IMG/VR virus record: IMGVR_UViG_2695420871_000005
DNA: 5,697 bases
From: a virus
Lineage: Duplodnaviria; Heunggongvirae; Uroviricota; Caudoviricetes
Strand: one strand, 5' to 3'
Shown here: in pieces, positions 5,642 to 5,697 of the stretch
Layout: each line of letters begins with the position of its first letter
Numbering within the stretch: the stretch's first letter is position 1
Translations under genes and position numbers: made by a program
Notes under the pieces: model-generated
The model's input: only the letters and a program-made list of their open reading frames with translations
Told to the model about the DNA's origin: nothing
The model's database searches: none

Positions 5642-5697
5642 TGGATTTGCCCCTATATTTCCAGACACCTGTTATCACTTAACCCATTACTGGCTTG
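5642..5697 (-). mobile_element. IS2-family terminus (IRR-type end), diverged variant, inverted relative to the left-edge copy; the body lies right of the window
   Basis: 5642-5690 is the reverse complement of 13-61 with one mismatch (C at 5668 vs T). The inner 7 nt diverge, and the differences are silent or conservative in the transposase frame (A-S-N-G vs A-C-N-G), suggesting a distinct functional IS2 isoform rather than the same copy. Confidence 0.7.

Noticed and set aside
4146-5678. Track ORF giving the helicase a 47-aa N-terminal extension ([13 protein letters not shown]...)
   Set aside because: The extension has no RBS and no DnaB-like sequence, and its first 12 codons lie inside the IS2-like terminus. 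The Met at 5537 has a GAGGTG RBS and begins the DnaB-like N-domain.

Overview
This window is a fragment of a lambdoid (phage 21 / phage 82 / DLP12-like) prophage, with every gene on the minus strand, and both window edges fall inside IS2-family insertion-sequence termini in inverted orientation. Reading in the direction of transcription (high to low coordinates): an upstream replication gene cut off by the right-hand IS, a DnaB-type replicative helicase, an 85-aa unknown protein, the RusA Holliday-junction resolvase, a Q antiterminator (QuuD-like), a PR'-like late promoter with a tR'-like terminator, a self-contained moron encoding an ORF6N-like protein, a four-gene tRNA cluster (Ile2-CAU, Arg-UCU, Thr-UGU, Gly-UCC), about 600 bp with no convincing ORF, then a phage-21-type lysis cassette (dual-start pinholin S and SAR endolysin R). 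The spanin gene Rz is broken after codon 17 and fused in frame to a 99-bp duplicate of the holin 3' half that abuts the left-hand IS2 end. The points most worth follow-up are this Rz'-S' chimera, the ORF6N moron in the slot where stx sits in Stx phages, and a possible plus-strand small RNA between the tRNAs and S. No CRISPR array was seen and I cannot point to a complete new multi-gene system; all homology statements are from reading the translations and from memory of the families, not from a database search.
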